DNA of 64,000 nucleotides, taken from the IMG/VR virus record IMGVR_UViG_3300029305_005484; one strand, 5' to 3'. Source of the DNA: a virus. Lineage: Duplodnaviria; Caudoviricetes. The notes beneath the pieces were generated by a model. That model was not told where the DNA came from, ran no database searches, and worked only from the letters and a program-made list of their open reading frames with translations. A program made the position numbers and the translations under genes. Shown piece by piece: positions 29,737 through 39,677 of this stretch (the first letter of the stretch is position 1; each line of letters starts with the position of its first letter).

Positions 29737-29807
29737 TTAAGTAAGATTTCTGTAATCAAAGGAAATTATCGATAGATAGAGAAAGTTAACTTAACAAAAT
29801 TGGTTCA
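29724..29807 (-). repeat. 84-bp hairpin repeat, copy 3
   Basis: 77/84 identical to copy 1 by manual alignment, about 21 kb from copies 1 and 2. Confidence 0.97.
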
Positions 29808-29856
29808 CCTACCACTAATATGACATTATTTTAATAAAAAAAGAATAGAGGTATTT

Positions 29857-30534
29857 ATGATGTCTAATTACAATACACTTCAAAAATCTATATCAAATTA
29901 TTTATTTGAACAGGTTGAACTATATGTACAAGAATCTGGAAATTTATCAGATATGAATAAATTATTTAAAGATGCTAAGAATACATTTAATGAATATTCT
30001 GATAAAATCAATAATGCTCTTAAAAATAAAGATTATAAAACTGCAAGTGCTGAATGTGAAAATGTTAAAAAACTTCTTAAAGATATTGAATCACATATTA
30101 ATGCATTAGATGATTCGATTTTATCTGCAGTAGGAAATGGTTTTTATCAGTCATTACTTGTTTTATTGAAAGCTATTCTTTTAGGTTTACCTACATTTGG
30201 AGTTGGCGCAATTTCTACTATTTTAGAAGAATCTTTAAATGGTATTATAGGGCTTGCTAAACAATGGAAGGAAGAAAAAACTTTTAAACCTGAAATGATT
30301 AATGGACGAAGAAATAAAATAAAAGGTGTATTTTATCAAATGTATGGATCTATAGATAAATATAAGAGAATAATTTCTAGTAGAGTTGAAGATGAAAATA
30401 GGAAGAATAAATTACAACCTATAGTTAAAGAAACTATAAAAAATAATGATTTAAAACTTGCAGTCAATGAATCATGTGCTAATGGAAACATTACAATTGA
30501 AGAGAGAAATTTTATTATTTCAGTATTAAATTAA
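29857..30534 (+). CDS. putative internal head protein
   Basis: 225 aa, late promoter GACATTATTTTA (29822-29833), VQES/VNES motifs. Confidence 0.55.
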   Translation: MMSNYNTLQKSISNYLFEQVELYVQESGNLSDMNKLFKDAKNTFNEYSDKINNALKNKDYKTASAECENVKKLLKDIESHINALDDSILSAVGNGFYQSLLVLLKAILLGLPTFGVGAISTILEESLNGIIGLAKQWKEEKTFKPEMINGRRNKIKGVFYQMYGSIDKYKRIISSRVEDENRKNKLQPIVKETIKNNDLKLAVNESCANGNITIEERNFIISVLN

Positions 30535-30573
30535 ATAAAGAAGAACGTATATTTTACGTTCTTCTTTTATTTT
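30533..30573. terminator. bidirectional terminator
   Basis: AAAGAAGAACGTA...TACGTTCTTCTTT. Confidence 0.8.
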
Positions 30574-30724
30574 TACATATTTTAATTTTTTACAAATATT
30601 CGAGGCATCATGAACATTTTCCAATAATTAAAATACTAAATGAATAATACGCTACTTATTCATTTTATATTTTTGTTACCTGTAAAATTACCCAGAAAAC
30701 AATTTTGTAACTAGATAGAAAGAG

Positions 30725-33700
30725 GTGAAGAATATGATTTACCCTATCGATGTTCCTGAATTATCATTATTTTCAAGAAAGGTTTATCTTCCAAAAGGTG
30801 ATAAAACGGGACATGGTAACTTAGTATTTTTATTTACTAGGTCAGTATCAGATACTATATCTGAAATCAATAGTGGTATAAATTACTATCCTATCAGTAA
30901 TTATACTCATTATTATTATAACGCAACATATTCAGGTAGATTAAAGAATAAGAAATTCTTTATCAGAGATATGAAAGAAAAACGTTCTATATATGATAAA
31001 GTTAAAAAAGAAACTTCATTAACCACTGCACCTGGAATAACGTTAAATGGTTTTGATAGAAACTGTTATTTTGAACTTTCTAGATACCTTCAAATCTATC
31101 ATGAATTATTAGATAAATATGACCCAATGTCAAGAATGATTAATTTTTGGGCATATTTTAAAAGTATCGTAGATGATCCACAGACATCGGAATATCAAAA
31201 TAAATATATCATAATAAATGCAGAAAGATATTCAAATGCATTTGTGGGTAATTTAAGAGATAAATTAAATAACCCATTATTTATGATTTATTACACATTA
31301 TACAAAAATATTGATATTTGTAAATCATTTGATCATGATATCTTTATTTTTTATAAGAATCGCTCAATCAAAATAAATCCAGCGCATGCAGAAAAATCCA
31401 AGACTGCTAATGAATTCAAAGTATTATTAACACGTCTTATTCCTTCTAAAGCTTCAACAATTGAATCTTCTATGAATGATGAGTTGTTGAAAAAAGAAGA
31501 AACTGCTGAAAATGTAAAATCTACTCTTAATAAAGAATTTAATTTTACAGGTGATAATCAGGATGAAAAAACTTTGAATGAAAAGGATATCAAATCTATT
31601 ATTGAACCTGAGAAAAAAGAAAAAGAAACTCCTAAAGTAGTAGATGCTGTTTCGGAAAAGATAGATAAAGTTGTTTCTACTGATAATGAATCTGAAGCTG
31701 AAAAAGTAGTTAAAGATGAAATTGAAAATGATAAAAAACTTTTAGATGAAATCTATAAAAACTTAGTTGGAGATTCAAAACCAGTATCATCTGCTAGTAG
31801 TGCTAGAGATAAGAAAATTAGAGAAGAACAAGGAAAAATTGCAGTAGGTAATATGACAATTGATAAACTAAAATCTATCAAAAGTACTCATATGCCTATT
31901 CCAAAAACTGATGTCTCTAAAGCATTAAAATCTACTAATGATAATATTAGAAATGTTGGATTTGCAAACTTTGACAAGACTTATACTAATGAAGTATTCA
32001 AAAAAGATATGGTTAATGTCTTTACTTCACTTAATGATAAGTCTATACCACTTACAGTTATAAAGTTTGATGTTAAAGATACATCAGATGAACTTAACTA
32101 CAAAGACACATATACTGTTACATTAGAGGATGTCAATAGACAACGTCATACTATAACAGTTGATGTACCTAAATTTATAGATGATAAGTTTTTATATATT
32201 GGTGGAGGTAAAAAACTTATCTTGTATCAAAACTTTTTATATCCAGTTGTAAAATCTGGACCAGATGAAGTACAGATTGTAACAAATTACAACAAAATGT
32301 TTATTGAAAGATTTGGTACTAAATCTATTACATCACTTGAAAGACTTAAAAAATTAATCTCTTCAGAATCTGATTTAGAATCATATTTTGAAGTTGGTTA
32401 TGCATATAAGTTAAATGGTGATTATATCACCACAATAGAGTATGATGAACTTAGTAAGCAATTTATTAAGTTTAACTCTGATAATTGTACGATATACTTC
32501 AATCAACAAGAAGCACTCAGTGTTGCTGATTCTGAAGGTGTTCAAATTGGTGAGAATGAGATGTTTATTGGTTTTAAAGATAAAAAACCAATTCTTATTG
32601 ATTATGATACACAGAAAACTGATTCTGATTTATCTATCTCAGAAGTTATCTTAAATTCTTTACCTGAAGAATTTAAAGAAAAATACGAATCAATTAAAAC
32701 TCCTAAACGACTTATGTATTCAGCTGCAACAACGATGCATCAAAAAGTTTCATTAGGTCTTTTATTAGCATTCTGGGAAGGATTTGGAAGTGTTCTTAAA
32801 GCACTTAATTTGGAATACAGATTAGAAAAATCTATTCCTAAGAAGTTAGCATCAAATGAATCAGTACTTCAATTTCATGATTGTGTATTAGTATATAAAG
32901 AAAACGTTTCACAGTCTTTAATTATGAATGGTTTTAGACTTATTGAAACTAAAGAGTATAATATAGGTGATATGGAAACTAAAGAACCATATATGGATTA
33001 TTTAGTTAAAGTATATGGAAAACGTAGTATAGCAAATGCTATTATGAACACATATGAATTTAACATTGACCCTATTACTAAAGAAATATTAGAAGATTTA
33101 AATCTTCCAACAACTATTGTACCTTTATGTGTTTATGCAAACTCATTGCTTTCTGATTCACAATATACTCCTGATTATAATCAGAAATTATGTAGAATCC
33201 GTAGAGGTGAAATTTTACCAGCTATTCTTTATGATGCTATTGCTAAGCAATATGTAATTTATAAGAATTCAAATGGTAAAAAGAAATTATCTCTTCAAAG
33301 AGATATAGTAATGAAAAAATTACTCGCTCTACCAACAGTAGAAGAATATTCTACATTATCTCCATTACTTGAAATGGAAAGAACTCATACAACCATGTAT
33401 AAAGGTTGGAGAGGTATCAACGAAGACAGAACTTATACACAGGATAAACGTGTTTATGACCAATCAATGATTGGAATTATGGGTCTTGCAACATCACCAG
33501 ATGGTTCTGTTGGTGTTCAAAAAACTCTTACTATGGAACCTAATGTAGTATCTGCTAGAGGTTATCTTAAACCTTATTCAAAAGATAATAATCTTAAAGA
33601 TGTAAATCTTTTATCTCCTGCAGAAATGGCTACACCATTAGCACCTGAACAAGATGACCCTACACGAACAGGACATAGTATAAAACAGTCAAAACATATT

Positions 33701-35581
33701 ATTCCTGTTAAAAAATCATCACCAGTATTAATTACAAATGGTGCTGAAGAAATTATGAGATTTCATTTATCTTCAGATTTCGTAATTAATGCTAAAGAAG
33801 ATGGTGAAGTTGTAGAAGTAAATGATGACTTAGGTCTCATTATTTGTAAATACAAGAGTGGAAAATGCCAAGCTATTAATACTAAATCTAAAATTGAGAA
33901 AAATGGTGGTGGAGGTTTCTATATCGCTAATACACTTGTGACAAATCTTAAATTAGGTGATAAATTTAAAAAGCATGATTTATTAGCATGGCATAAAGAC
34001 TTCTTTAGGTCTAATCAATATACCGGTAATAAAATGAATTTTGGTACACTTGCTAAAGTAGCTATTTTATCTACTTATAATACATATCAAGATTCAACAG
34101 TTATTACAGAAAAATTATCACATGATATGGCAACAGAAATGGTATTCAATAAACAAGTTGTTATTGGTAAAAATGCTACTGTTGATTATATTGCTAAAGT
34201 TGGTGATAAAATTGATGTTGGGTCTTCTTTAATTCAGTTTGATACTTCATTTGAAGATAATGAACTTAATAAGTTACTTGAAACTTTGAGTGACACCTTA
34301 AAAGAGGGCGTAATTGAAAATAGTAGAAATAATATTCAGTCTAAGATTGCAGGTACAATCGAAGATATTAAGATGTACTCTACAGTCGATCTTGCTGAAC
34401 TTAGTCCTTCATTACAAAAAATATTTGGAAAATATTATCGTAAAATTAATGAAAAGAAAAAACTATTATCACAATATGACCCTGATAGTTCTATTGTGAA
34501 ATGTGGAATACTCTTTAATGAAACTACAGGTAAAGTTTCTCCAAATAAATATGGTGTATTAAAAGGACAAAAAATTGAAGATGGTGTTTTAATTGAATTC
34601 TATATTAAACATGAAGAATATCTCGAAGTTGGTTCTAAGACCGCATATTACGCAGGATTAAAAACAACTATTGGTGAGGTTATTCCTGCTGGATATGAAC
34701 CATATTCAGAATTTAGAAAAGATGAAGAAGTAAGCTCATTTATTGCTTCAAACTCTATTCTTAAACGTATGACACCATCAATTCTTTTAGTATCACTTGG
34801 TAATAAATGTATTATTGAGCTTAAACGTTCACTAAAAGAATTATATGATAAAAATATAGATGCTGAAACTTGTAAAGAAGAAATGACATATCTTATTTAT
34901 AAATTCTTTTCAGCATTTGATAAATCACAGAATAATACCAATAAGTATAAAAATCTTTTTGATCCTATGACACCACCGACATTCAAAAAGTGGTTTAAAG
35001 GATTTTTTGAAGATGAGGATGCTTATTTAACATTAGATATTGTTTATAATGAAAGAAGTATTACGTTTGATGATATTGAACGTGCTGCTAAAGTTATAAA
35101 AGTTCCATTATTTGAATATGTGTATTTACCACATATTTCAATGGATAAGAATAAAGTTATCAGAACCAGAGTTGAGGTTCCTGTTGGATATATACATATC
35201 AAACGAACACAACAAACCGTCGCAAAGAAGAATGGTATTTCAACATCAAGTGATATCCGATCTCCATTAACTGGACAGGTTACTGGTGCTGATAAAAATG
35301 GTCGTGAATCAGACCTTGAAAATATTATGATGGTTTCTTTAGGAATGACAAATTGTCTTAAAGAATTAAATGGACCTAGAGCAGATGATATGGTTGCTAA
35401 AAGAGAAATGTTATCAGATATTTCTAAGCAAGGGTATGTTAAATTTGATGATTTGACATATGATGTAAATAATAAGGCTGCATTAAATACAGTAGATACT
35501 TATTTCTTAGGAATGGGAATAAAAACTGACTTAGTAACAAAAGGTCATATGCTCAAATCAACACTTAAAAAAGAATTATAA
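30725..35581 (+). CDS. virion RNA polymerase beta subunit (apparently unsplit)
   Basis: Beta motifs ATSPDGSVG, EQDDPTR, YQDS, GSK..AGLKTTIG, KRM, VPVGYIHIKR, GRESDLE, LKELNGPRADD; late promoter at 30698-30709. Confidence 0.88.
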   Translation: MKNMIYPIDVPELSLFSRKVYLPKGDKTGHGNLVFLFTRSVSDTISEINSGINYYPISNYTHYYYNATYSGRLKNKKFFIRDMKEKRSIYDKVKKETSLTTAPGITLNGFDRNCYFELSRYLQIYHELLDKYDPMSRMINFWAYFKSIVDDPQTSEYQNKYIIINAERYSNAFVGNLRDKLNNPLFMIYYTLYKNIDICKSFDHDIFIFYKNRSIKINPAHAEKSKTANEFKVLLTRLIPSKASTIESSMNDELLKKEETAENVKSTLNKEFNFTGDNQDEKTLNEKDIKSIIEPEKKEKETPKVVDAVSEKIDKVVSTDNESEAEKVVKDEIENDKKLLDEIYKNLVGDSKPVSSASSARDKKIREEQGKIAVGNMTIDKLKSIKSTHMPIPKTDVSKALKSTNDNIRNVGFANFDKTYTNEVFKKDMVNVFTSLNDKSIPLTVIKFDVKDTSDELNYKDTYTVTLEDVNRQRHTITVDVPKFIDDKFLYIGGGKKLILYQNFLYPVVKSGPDEVQIVTNYNKMFIERFGTKSITSLERLKKLISSESDLESYFEVGYAYKLNGDYITTIEYDELSKQFIKFNSDNCTIYFNQQEALSVADSEGVQIGENEMFIGFKDKKPILIDYDTQKTDSDLSISEVILNSLPEEFKEKYESIKTPKRLMYSAATTMHQKVSLGLLLAFWEGFGSVLKALNLEYRLEKSIPKKLASNESVLQFHDCVLVYKENVSQSLIMNGFRLIETKEYNIGDMETKEPYMDYLVKVYGKRSIANAIMNTYEFNIDPITKEILEDLNLPTTIVPLCVYANSLLSDSQYTPDYNQKLCRIRRGEILPAILYDAIAKQYVIYKNSNGKKKLSLQRDIVMKKLLALPTVEEYSTLSPLLEMERTHTTMYKGWRGINEDRTYTQDKRVYDQSMIGIMGLATSPDGSVGVQKTLTMEPNVVSARGYLKPYSKDNNLKDVNLLSPAEMATPLAPEQDDPTRTGHSIKQSKHIIPVKKSSPVLITNGAEEIMRFHLSSDFVINAKEDGEVVEVNDDLGLIICKYKSGKCQAINTKSKIEKNGGGGFYIANTLVTNLKLGDKFKKHDLLAWHKDFFRSNQYTGNKMNFGTLAKVAILSTYNTYQDSTVITEKLSHDMATEMVFNKQVVIGKNATVDYIAKVGDKIDVGSSLIQFDTSFEDNELNKLLETLSDTLKEGVIENSRNNIQSKIAGTIEDIKMYSTVDLAELSPSLQKIFGKYYRKINEKKKLLSQYDPDSSIVKCGILFNETTGKVSPNKYGVLKGQKIEDGVLIEFYIKHEEYLEVGSKTAYYAGLKTTIGEVIPAGYEPYSEFRKDEEVSSFIASNSILKRMTPSILLVSLGNKCIIELKRSLKELYDKNIDAETCKEEMTYLIYKFFSAFDKSQNNTNKYKNLFDPMTPPTFKKWFKGFFEDEDAYLTLDIVYNERSITFDDIERAAKVIKVPLFEYVYLPHISMDKNKVIRTRVEVPVGYIHIKRTQQTVAKKNGISTSSDIRSPLTGQVTGADKNGRESDLENIMMVSLGMTNCLKELNGPRADDMVAKREMLSDISKQGYVKFDDLTYDVNNKAALNTVDTYFLGMGIKTDLVTKGHMLKSTLKKEL

Positions 35582-35584
35582 AAA

Positions 35585-35620
35585 AATAAACCAGTACGTT
35601 AATTCGTACTGGTTTATTTT
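35585..35620. terminator. bidirectional terminator
   Basis: AATAAACCAGTACG...CGTACTGGTTTATT. Confidence 0.85.
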
Positions 35621-35744
35621 AAACTAACCCCTGAAGTTCTTCTAATAATTCTTTATGGAGTTTACTAGATTCTTCTAAACTAATTTCTGCATTTTCAACA
35701 GTTTCTAAATCCTTTTCTAATTTTTTAATTTCGTATTCTCCCAT
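35619..35744 (-). CDS. 41-aa protein resembling exonuclease VII small subunit
   Basis: MGEYEIKKLEKDLETVENAEISLEESSKLHKELLEELQGLV*, AAAGGAGA RBS; not in the ORF track. Confidence 0.5.
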   Translation of the reverse strand: MGEYEIKKLEKDLETVENAEISLEESSKLHKELLEELQGLV

Positions 35745-35880
35745 AATATAATCTCCTTTATTTAGTTTATATTCAAAATAATATTATATATTTAAAAAAT
35801 ATAACTATTCTCTATATCCCGAGAATTCTCGAAACATAAACAATTATGTAAACTTAAAAAGAAAGGCTGTGTAACAACTT

Positions 35881-36459
35881 ATGGGAGAAGAGCAACTCAC
35901 AGAAAGTGCCTGGGAAGTAGCTGTGAAGTACCTGTCTCAATCTAAAGCAGGTATTGTCATACTTACTATCGTAGTCATTATTGCAACAACCTTTCCTTTT
36001 TGGAAATGGTTATATGGTATTATAAAAGAAAAATATGAAATATATAAAAAGAAAAAGGAAGAAGAAGAGAAAGAGCAAAAAATATTCAAAGAGAATATAA
36101 AAAATATAGCTTCTAAAATAGAACAACTTCCAGAAATTACAAATCAAATAAAGTTATTAAATGATGATGTAGCTTCTATCAAAAAAGTAAATGAAGAAGT
36201 TAAACAATCAATCGATAAAGTTAATAACGATATGGGTATTCTATTTGATAATGATAATGATGAATTTAGAATATATCTTACTCAGTTACAATATGATCAT
36301 ATTAAATGTGGAAAGCCTATGACACGTGAAATAAGACAAACTCTTAGAGTTAGATTTGATAATTATTCTAAACGTGGTGGAAATGGATGGGCTCAAGATG
36401 TTGTTACTGAATTATTATCAATTCCAGTAGAACCATTTTTGAATTTTGAAGATGAATAA
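35881..36459 (+). CDS. membrane-anchored coiled-coil protein, holin-like
   Basis: N-terminal hydrophobic helix, coiled coil, C-terminal Y..RGGNG; late promoter at 35839-35850. Confidence 0.55.
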   Translation: MGEEQLTESAWEVAVKYLSQSKAGIVILTIVVIIATTFPFWKWLYGIIKEKYEIYKKKKEEEEKEQKIFKENIKNIASKIEQLPEITNQIKLLNDDVASIKKVNEEVKQSIDKVNNDMGILFDNDNDEFRIYLTQLQYDHIKCGKPMTREIRQTLRVRFDNYSKRGGNGWAQDVVTELLSIPVEPFLNFEDE

Positions 36460-36498
36460 ATCTAGTAACGAAATCAATATTCGTTACTAGATTTATTT
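36456..36498. terminator. bidirectional terminator
   Basis: ATAAATCTAGTAACGAA...TTCGTTACTAGATTTAT. Confidence 0.8.
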
Positions 36499-36640
36499 AC
36501 ATTACAAGGATACATGATTAATGAAAAAGTTATTTACCAAGCTATATGGCATGGACTTTACATATCATCAAAAACTTAATATACGAAGATATAGTTAATT
36601 ATACAAATTAACTATGGTATTTTAAAAATATGTTTTATAA

Positions 36641-36925
36641 TTATTTTTTAAAATACTTTTTTCGTATTTTTTTCATTTTCTTTAAAAATAATCTTAATTC
36701 TTTATAGTTTAATTTAACAGAATTATTCAGCTTATCAGAATTAATCCCTCTTTGATATGAATTAATAAAGTTATCTGTTATATCAACTACATGATAGTAA
36801 AATTTTTGATGCTTATATTTACCAACTTCTCTACGTTCATAACTTGTACAAACACCATTTTCAAATTGTTTAATATATCCAAGATCTTCTAATTTTTCAT
36901 CAATCGTTTTGAATATTAATGCCAT
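36641..36925 (-). CDS. hypothetical protein
   Basis: 94 aa, GGAGGT RBS. Confidence 0.7.
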   Translation of the reverse strand: MALIFKTIDEKLEDLGYIKQFENGVCTSYERREVGKYKHQKFYYHVVDITDNFINSYQRGINSDKLNNSVKLNYKELRLFLKKMKKIRKKYFKK

Positions 36926-37403
36926 CTCGTACCTCCACAGAAGCTTTTACAAGTTCTACCGTATTTTCAAATGCTTTGATCAAAACTTCAGGATCAAGTG
37001 TTATATCAAATATCTCACCACTTCTTGTAAGTCCTGCACAAACACAATCTGAAATATATTCCATCACATCTATTAAATTAACGTCTTTTGGAACATGTGA
37101 TTGTAAATGATGTCTTTCAGTTTTTACATGCATCTTATGAAATTCACTTTGTCTAAAATCATCACCATTAACTTTTGTTCTGAGAAAATCTCTAAAGAAC
37201 ATTCGTTCTTGAGAAATTTTTGTATGATCATGATTTTGTCCTGCTTGATTACATAATCTTCCAAGTAATGACATTACATTATAAACATCTGCAATATGCA
37301 TTCTATTTGCCCCTTTGAATTGAAGAAATGAAACATCATCTGGTGCAGAACGTGTATCACCATTTGGATTTTTAACAATTACTACTTTATCCATCATTAT
37401 CAC
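36900..37403 (-). CDS. HD-like (DUF5662-type) protein
   Basis: H..HDHTK..H....RHH..D..E...D pattern. Confidence 0.55.
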   Translation of the reverse strand: MIMMDKVVIVKNPNGDTRSAPDDVSFLQFKGANRMHIADVYNVMSLLGRLCNQAGQNHDHTKISQERMFFRDFLRTKVNGDDFRQSEFHKMHVKTERHHLQSHVPKDVNLIDVMEYISDCVCAGLTRSGEIFDITLDPEVLIKAFENTVELVKASVEVRDGINIQND

Positions 37404-37720
37404 TCCTTTTCAATATGAAGAATTTCTTTAATAGAATCTAACTGTCTTTTAGACATGACCATAGAATTATATTCATTTCTATCAATAAGGTACAACTTCT
37501 TATTTGATAACTCTTCATCTAATTCATCAAGGGTTTTACCACAAGTGTCAAGACTAGTATATCTCATTCTTCTTAAAATTCTAAGTTCTCTTTCTGCGGT
37601 AGCTAGTAAGAATTTATCTGTTTCATCAAGATTTTCTTTATTTGATAACTCATCGATTTTTGCAATCAATAATCTTTCCGAAAGCATTTCAGCTCTTGTT
37701 CCTGTATCAATTCCTGACAT
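37400..37720 (-). CDS. hypothetical protein
   Basis: 106 aa, GGGAGGA RBS. Confidence 0.7.
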   Translation of the reverse strand: MSGIDTGTRAEMLSERLLIAKIDELSNKENLDETDKFLLATAERELRILRRMRYTSLDTCGKTLDELDEELSNKKLYLIDRNEYNSMVMSKRQLDSIKEILHIEKE

Positions 37721-37734
37721 AATTTTATCCTCCC

Positions 37735-39183
37735 TTAAATATATACTTCATTCATTTCTTTTGCAAATTTAGCTAACTCTTTTAAATGATATCCTTTTAT
37801 ATTATCCATAAATGGAATATTTGAATCTAAAATATCATAAAAATATGTGTCTGAACCTTTAAATCTATCTAAACGACCTTTCAATTGATGTGTCATAAGT
37901 CTAGATGAATGCGGTTCTGCACATATAATAGTTTGCAAATTTGGTGGGTTAAATCCCGTACCACATGATTTTATCGTTGAACATATGATATCACAGTTCT
38001 GGTTCTGTAAGTTAACTTCTTCACTATTATTTGAAAATATAGTTCCTAATGTCCTAGAATTTCCTACCATTTTCGATACAAAATCAGCCATAAACTCTAC
38101 AGATTCCTTTTTGGGTGTTATCAATAATATCTGTCCATCATGTTCTAATGCTTCACTCAAAGCATATCTTATTGCATGTAATATTTTTCGTTCACTATCA
38201 TGTTTAATAGCAGCATCAATAAATTTATATGCTGAAAAGCCATGTGCTCCTTTCATACCTGTAACATATTTCATAGGAATATTGCTTTTATAATTTACAA
38301 CTATATAGTGAATCTTTTTATCTCTTTCCATTAATTTATCATCAAACTTACAAGATGATGATAACATCAAATGAAATACTTTGTTTTCTTGTCTATTACT
38401 TCTACCAAATGTAGCAGTAAGATAAAATGTTTTCTTTACATTTGTGAAGCAGTCAATTAGAAATATCGATGAAATAAATTCATGAGCTTCATCATAAATT
38501 TTAACTCCTATTCCAGCAATTCGCATAAATTCATCTATTTCTCTCCAACCATTTGTTCTTGCATATGTTTGAATAGTTTGATGCATCATTATATACACAT
38601 CACCTTCTAACTCTGCTTCAAGTATTTTTGGTATTGTAGTACTATCAACTTGTATAATTCTATCTTCTGGTATATTAGTAAAGTGCATAACTTCAGATTT
38701 CCAATGAGATGATAAATATTCTCTATTAACTATAACTAAAGTTTTTACACCTATTTTAGTAAAACTATTTATAGCACAATAAGTTTTACCACCAGAAGTT
38801 TCTAAATTCAATGTATATTGACAGAATGGTGCTGTACCTCTAAATTCTTCAGATGAAGTTAAAAACTTAACTGATTCTTCTTGAGTATCATCTTTCGGTG
38901 GTACTAAAACATCATATCTTGTCTGCATTCTTTGTTCTTTAATACCAAAGTTATAATTGATAGTTGCTTTACAACCAAATTTATTTTCAAGAATTTCAAT
39001 GTTAATTCCTTTTGGTAAATATAATATTTCATCTTTGATGAAATAAGCAACTGGTTCATATTTACCAAATTTCTTTGTTTTTTGTTCCCATCTAGATAGT
39101 GCTTTTTCCAATTCAAAATATTCACCTTTTGTATATGGTGAAACCTCTATATGGGTATGAAATACATCAATTCTTTTTTCCAT
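37735..39183 (-). CDS. SF2 DNA helicase (UvsW-like)
   Basis: GGKT, DEAH, LTAT, QLKGRLDR motifs. Confidence 0.88.
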   Translation of the reverse strand: MEKRIDVFHTHIEVSPYTKGEYFELEKALSRWEQKTKKFGKYEPVAYFIKDEILYLPKGINIEILENKFGCKATINYNFGIKEQRMQTRYDVLVPPKDDTQEESVKFLTSSEEFRGTAPFCQYTLNLETSGGKTYCAINSFTKIGVKTLVIVNREYLSSHWKSEVMHFTNIPEDRIIQVDSTTIPKILEAELEGDVYIMMHQTIQTYARTNGWREIDEFMRIAGIGVKIYDEAHEFISSIFLIDCFTNVKKTFYLTATFGRSNRQENKVFHLMLSSSCKFDDKLMERDKKIHYIVVNYKSNIPMKYVTGMKGAHGFSAYKFIDAAIKHDSERKILHAIRYALSEALEHDGQILLITPKKESVEFMADFVSKMVGNSRTLGTIFSNNSEEVNLQNQNCDIICSTIKSCGTGFNPPNLQTIICAEPHSSRLMTHQLKGRLDRFKGSDTYFYDILDSNIPFMDNIKGYHLKELAKFAKEMNEVYI

Positions 39184-39250
39184 ATTTAAACCTACTCTTT
39201 TCAAAAAAGAACAGACAACCTTTAATAAGGAGTCTGTTCTTTTAATTTAA

Positions 39251-39397
39251 TTAATTTGATTTAAAGGATCTGTTATTCCTATTGGAATTTGAAAATCCTG
39301 TTGTATTTGCACCTCTCCATGGTTTTCCAAATTGTTTTTGTGCTGGTGCTGGACCAACCTTTTTTGAACCACGTTTTGCAAACTTATTTTTATTCAT
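39251..39397 (-). CDS. small basic protein (48 aa)
   Basis: MNKNKFAKRGSKKVGPAPAQKQFGKPWRG...KSN*, GAGGTG RBS; not in the ORF track. Confidence 0.6.
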   Translation of the reverse strand: MNKNKFAKRGSKKVGPAPAQKQFGKPWRGANTTGFSNSNRNNRSFKSN

Positions 39398-39408
39398 AAT
39401 ATCACCTC

Positions 39409-39627
39409 TTAAATCATAGCAACAAATGCATATTTCATGATAACATATTTATCTGAATCTGAAAATCCTTTAAGAAGTTTATCAATGATATCAAGAGTTT
39501 CATTCATGTTTGTTGATGTTGATAACATTCTAGCCATCTCTTTTCCTGCTTTTTGTAATTGAGCATCTTTAACCTCTCGAATATCATCAAATGTTGCTTT
39601 CATTTGAACGAATGATTTTCCTGCCAT
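39409..39627 (-). CDS. hypothetical protein
   Basis: 72 aa, AAGGAG RBS. Confidence 0.7.
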   Translation of the reverse strand: MAGKSFVQMKATFDDIREVKDAQLQKAGKEMARMLSTSTNMNETLDIIDKLLKGFSDSDKYVIMKYAFVAMI

Positions 39628-39677
39628 AATTTCAATCTCCTTTTTTAAATTATTAAATTATCGTTTTACAGATAATT

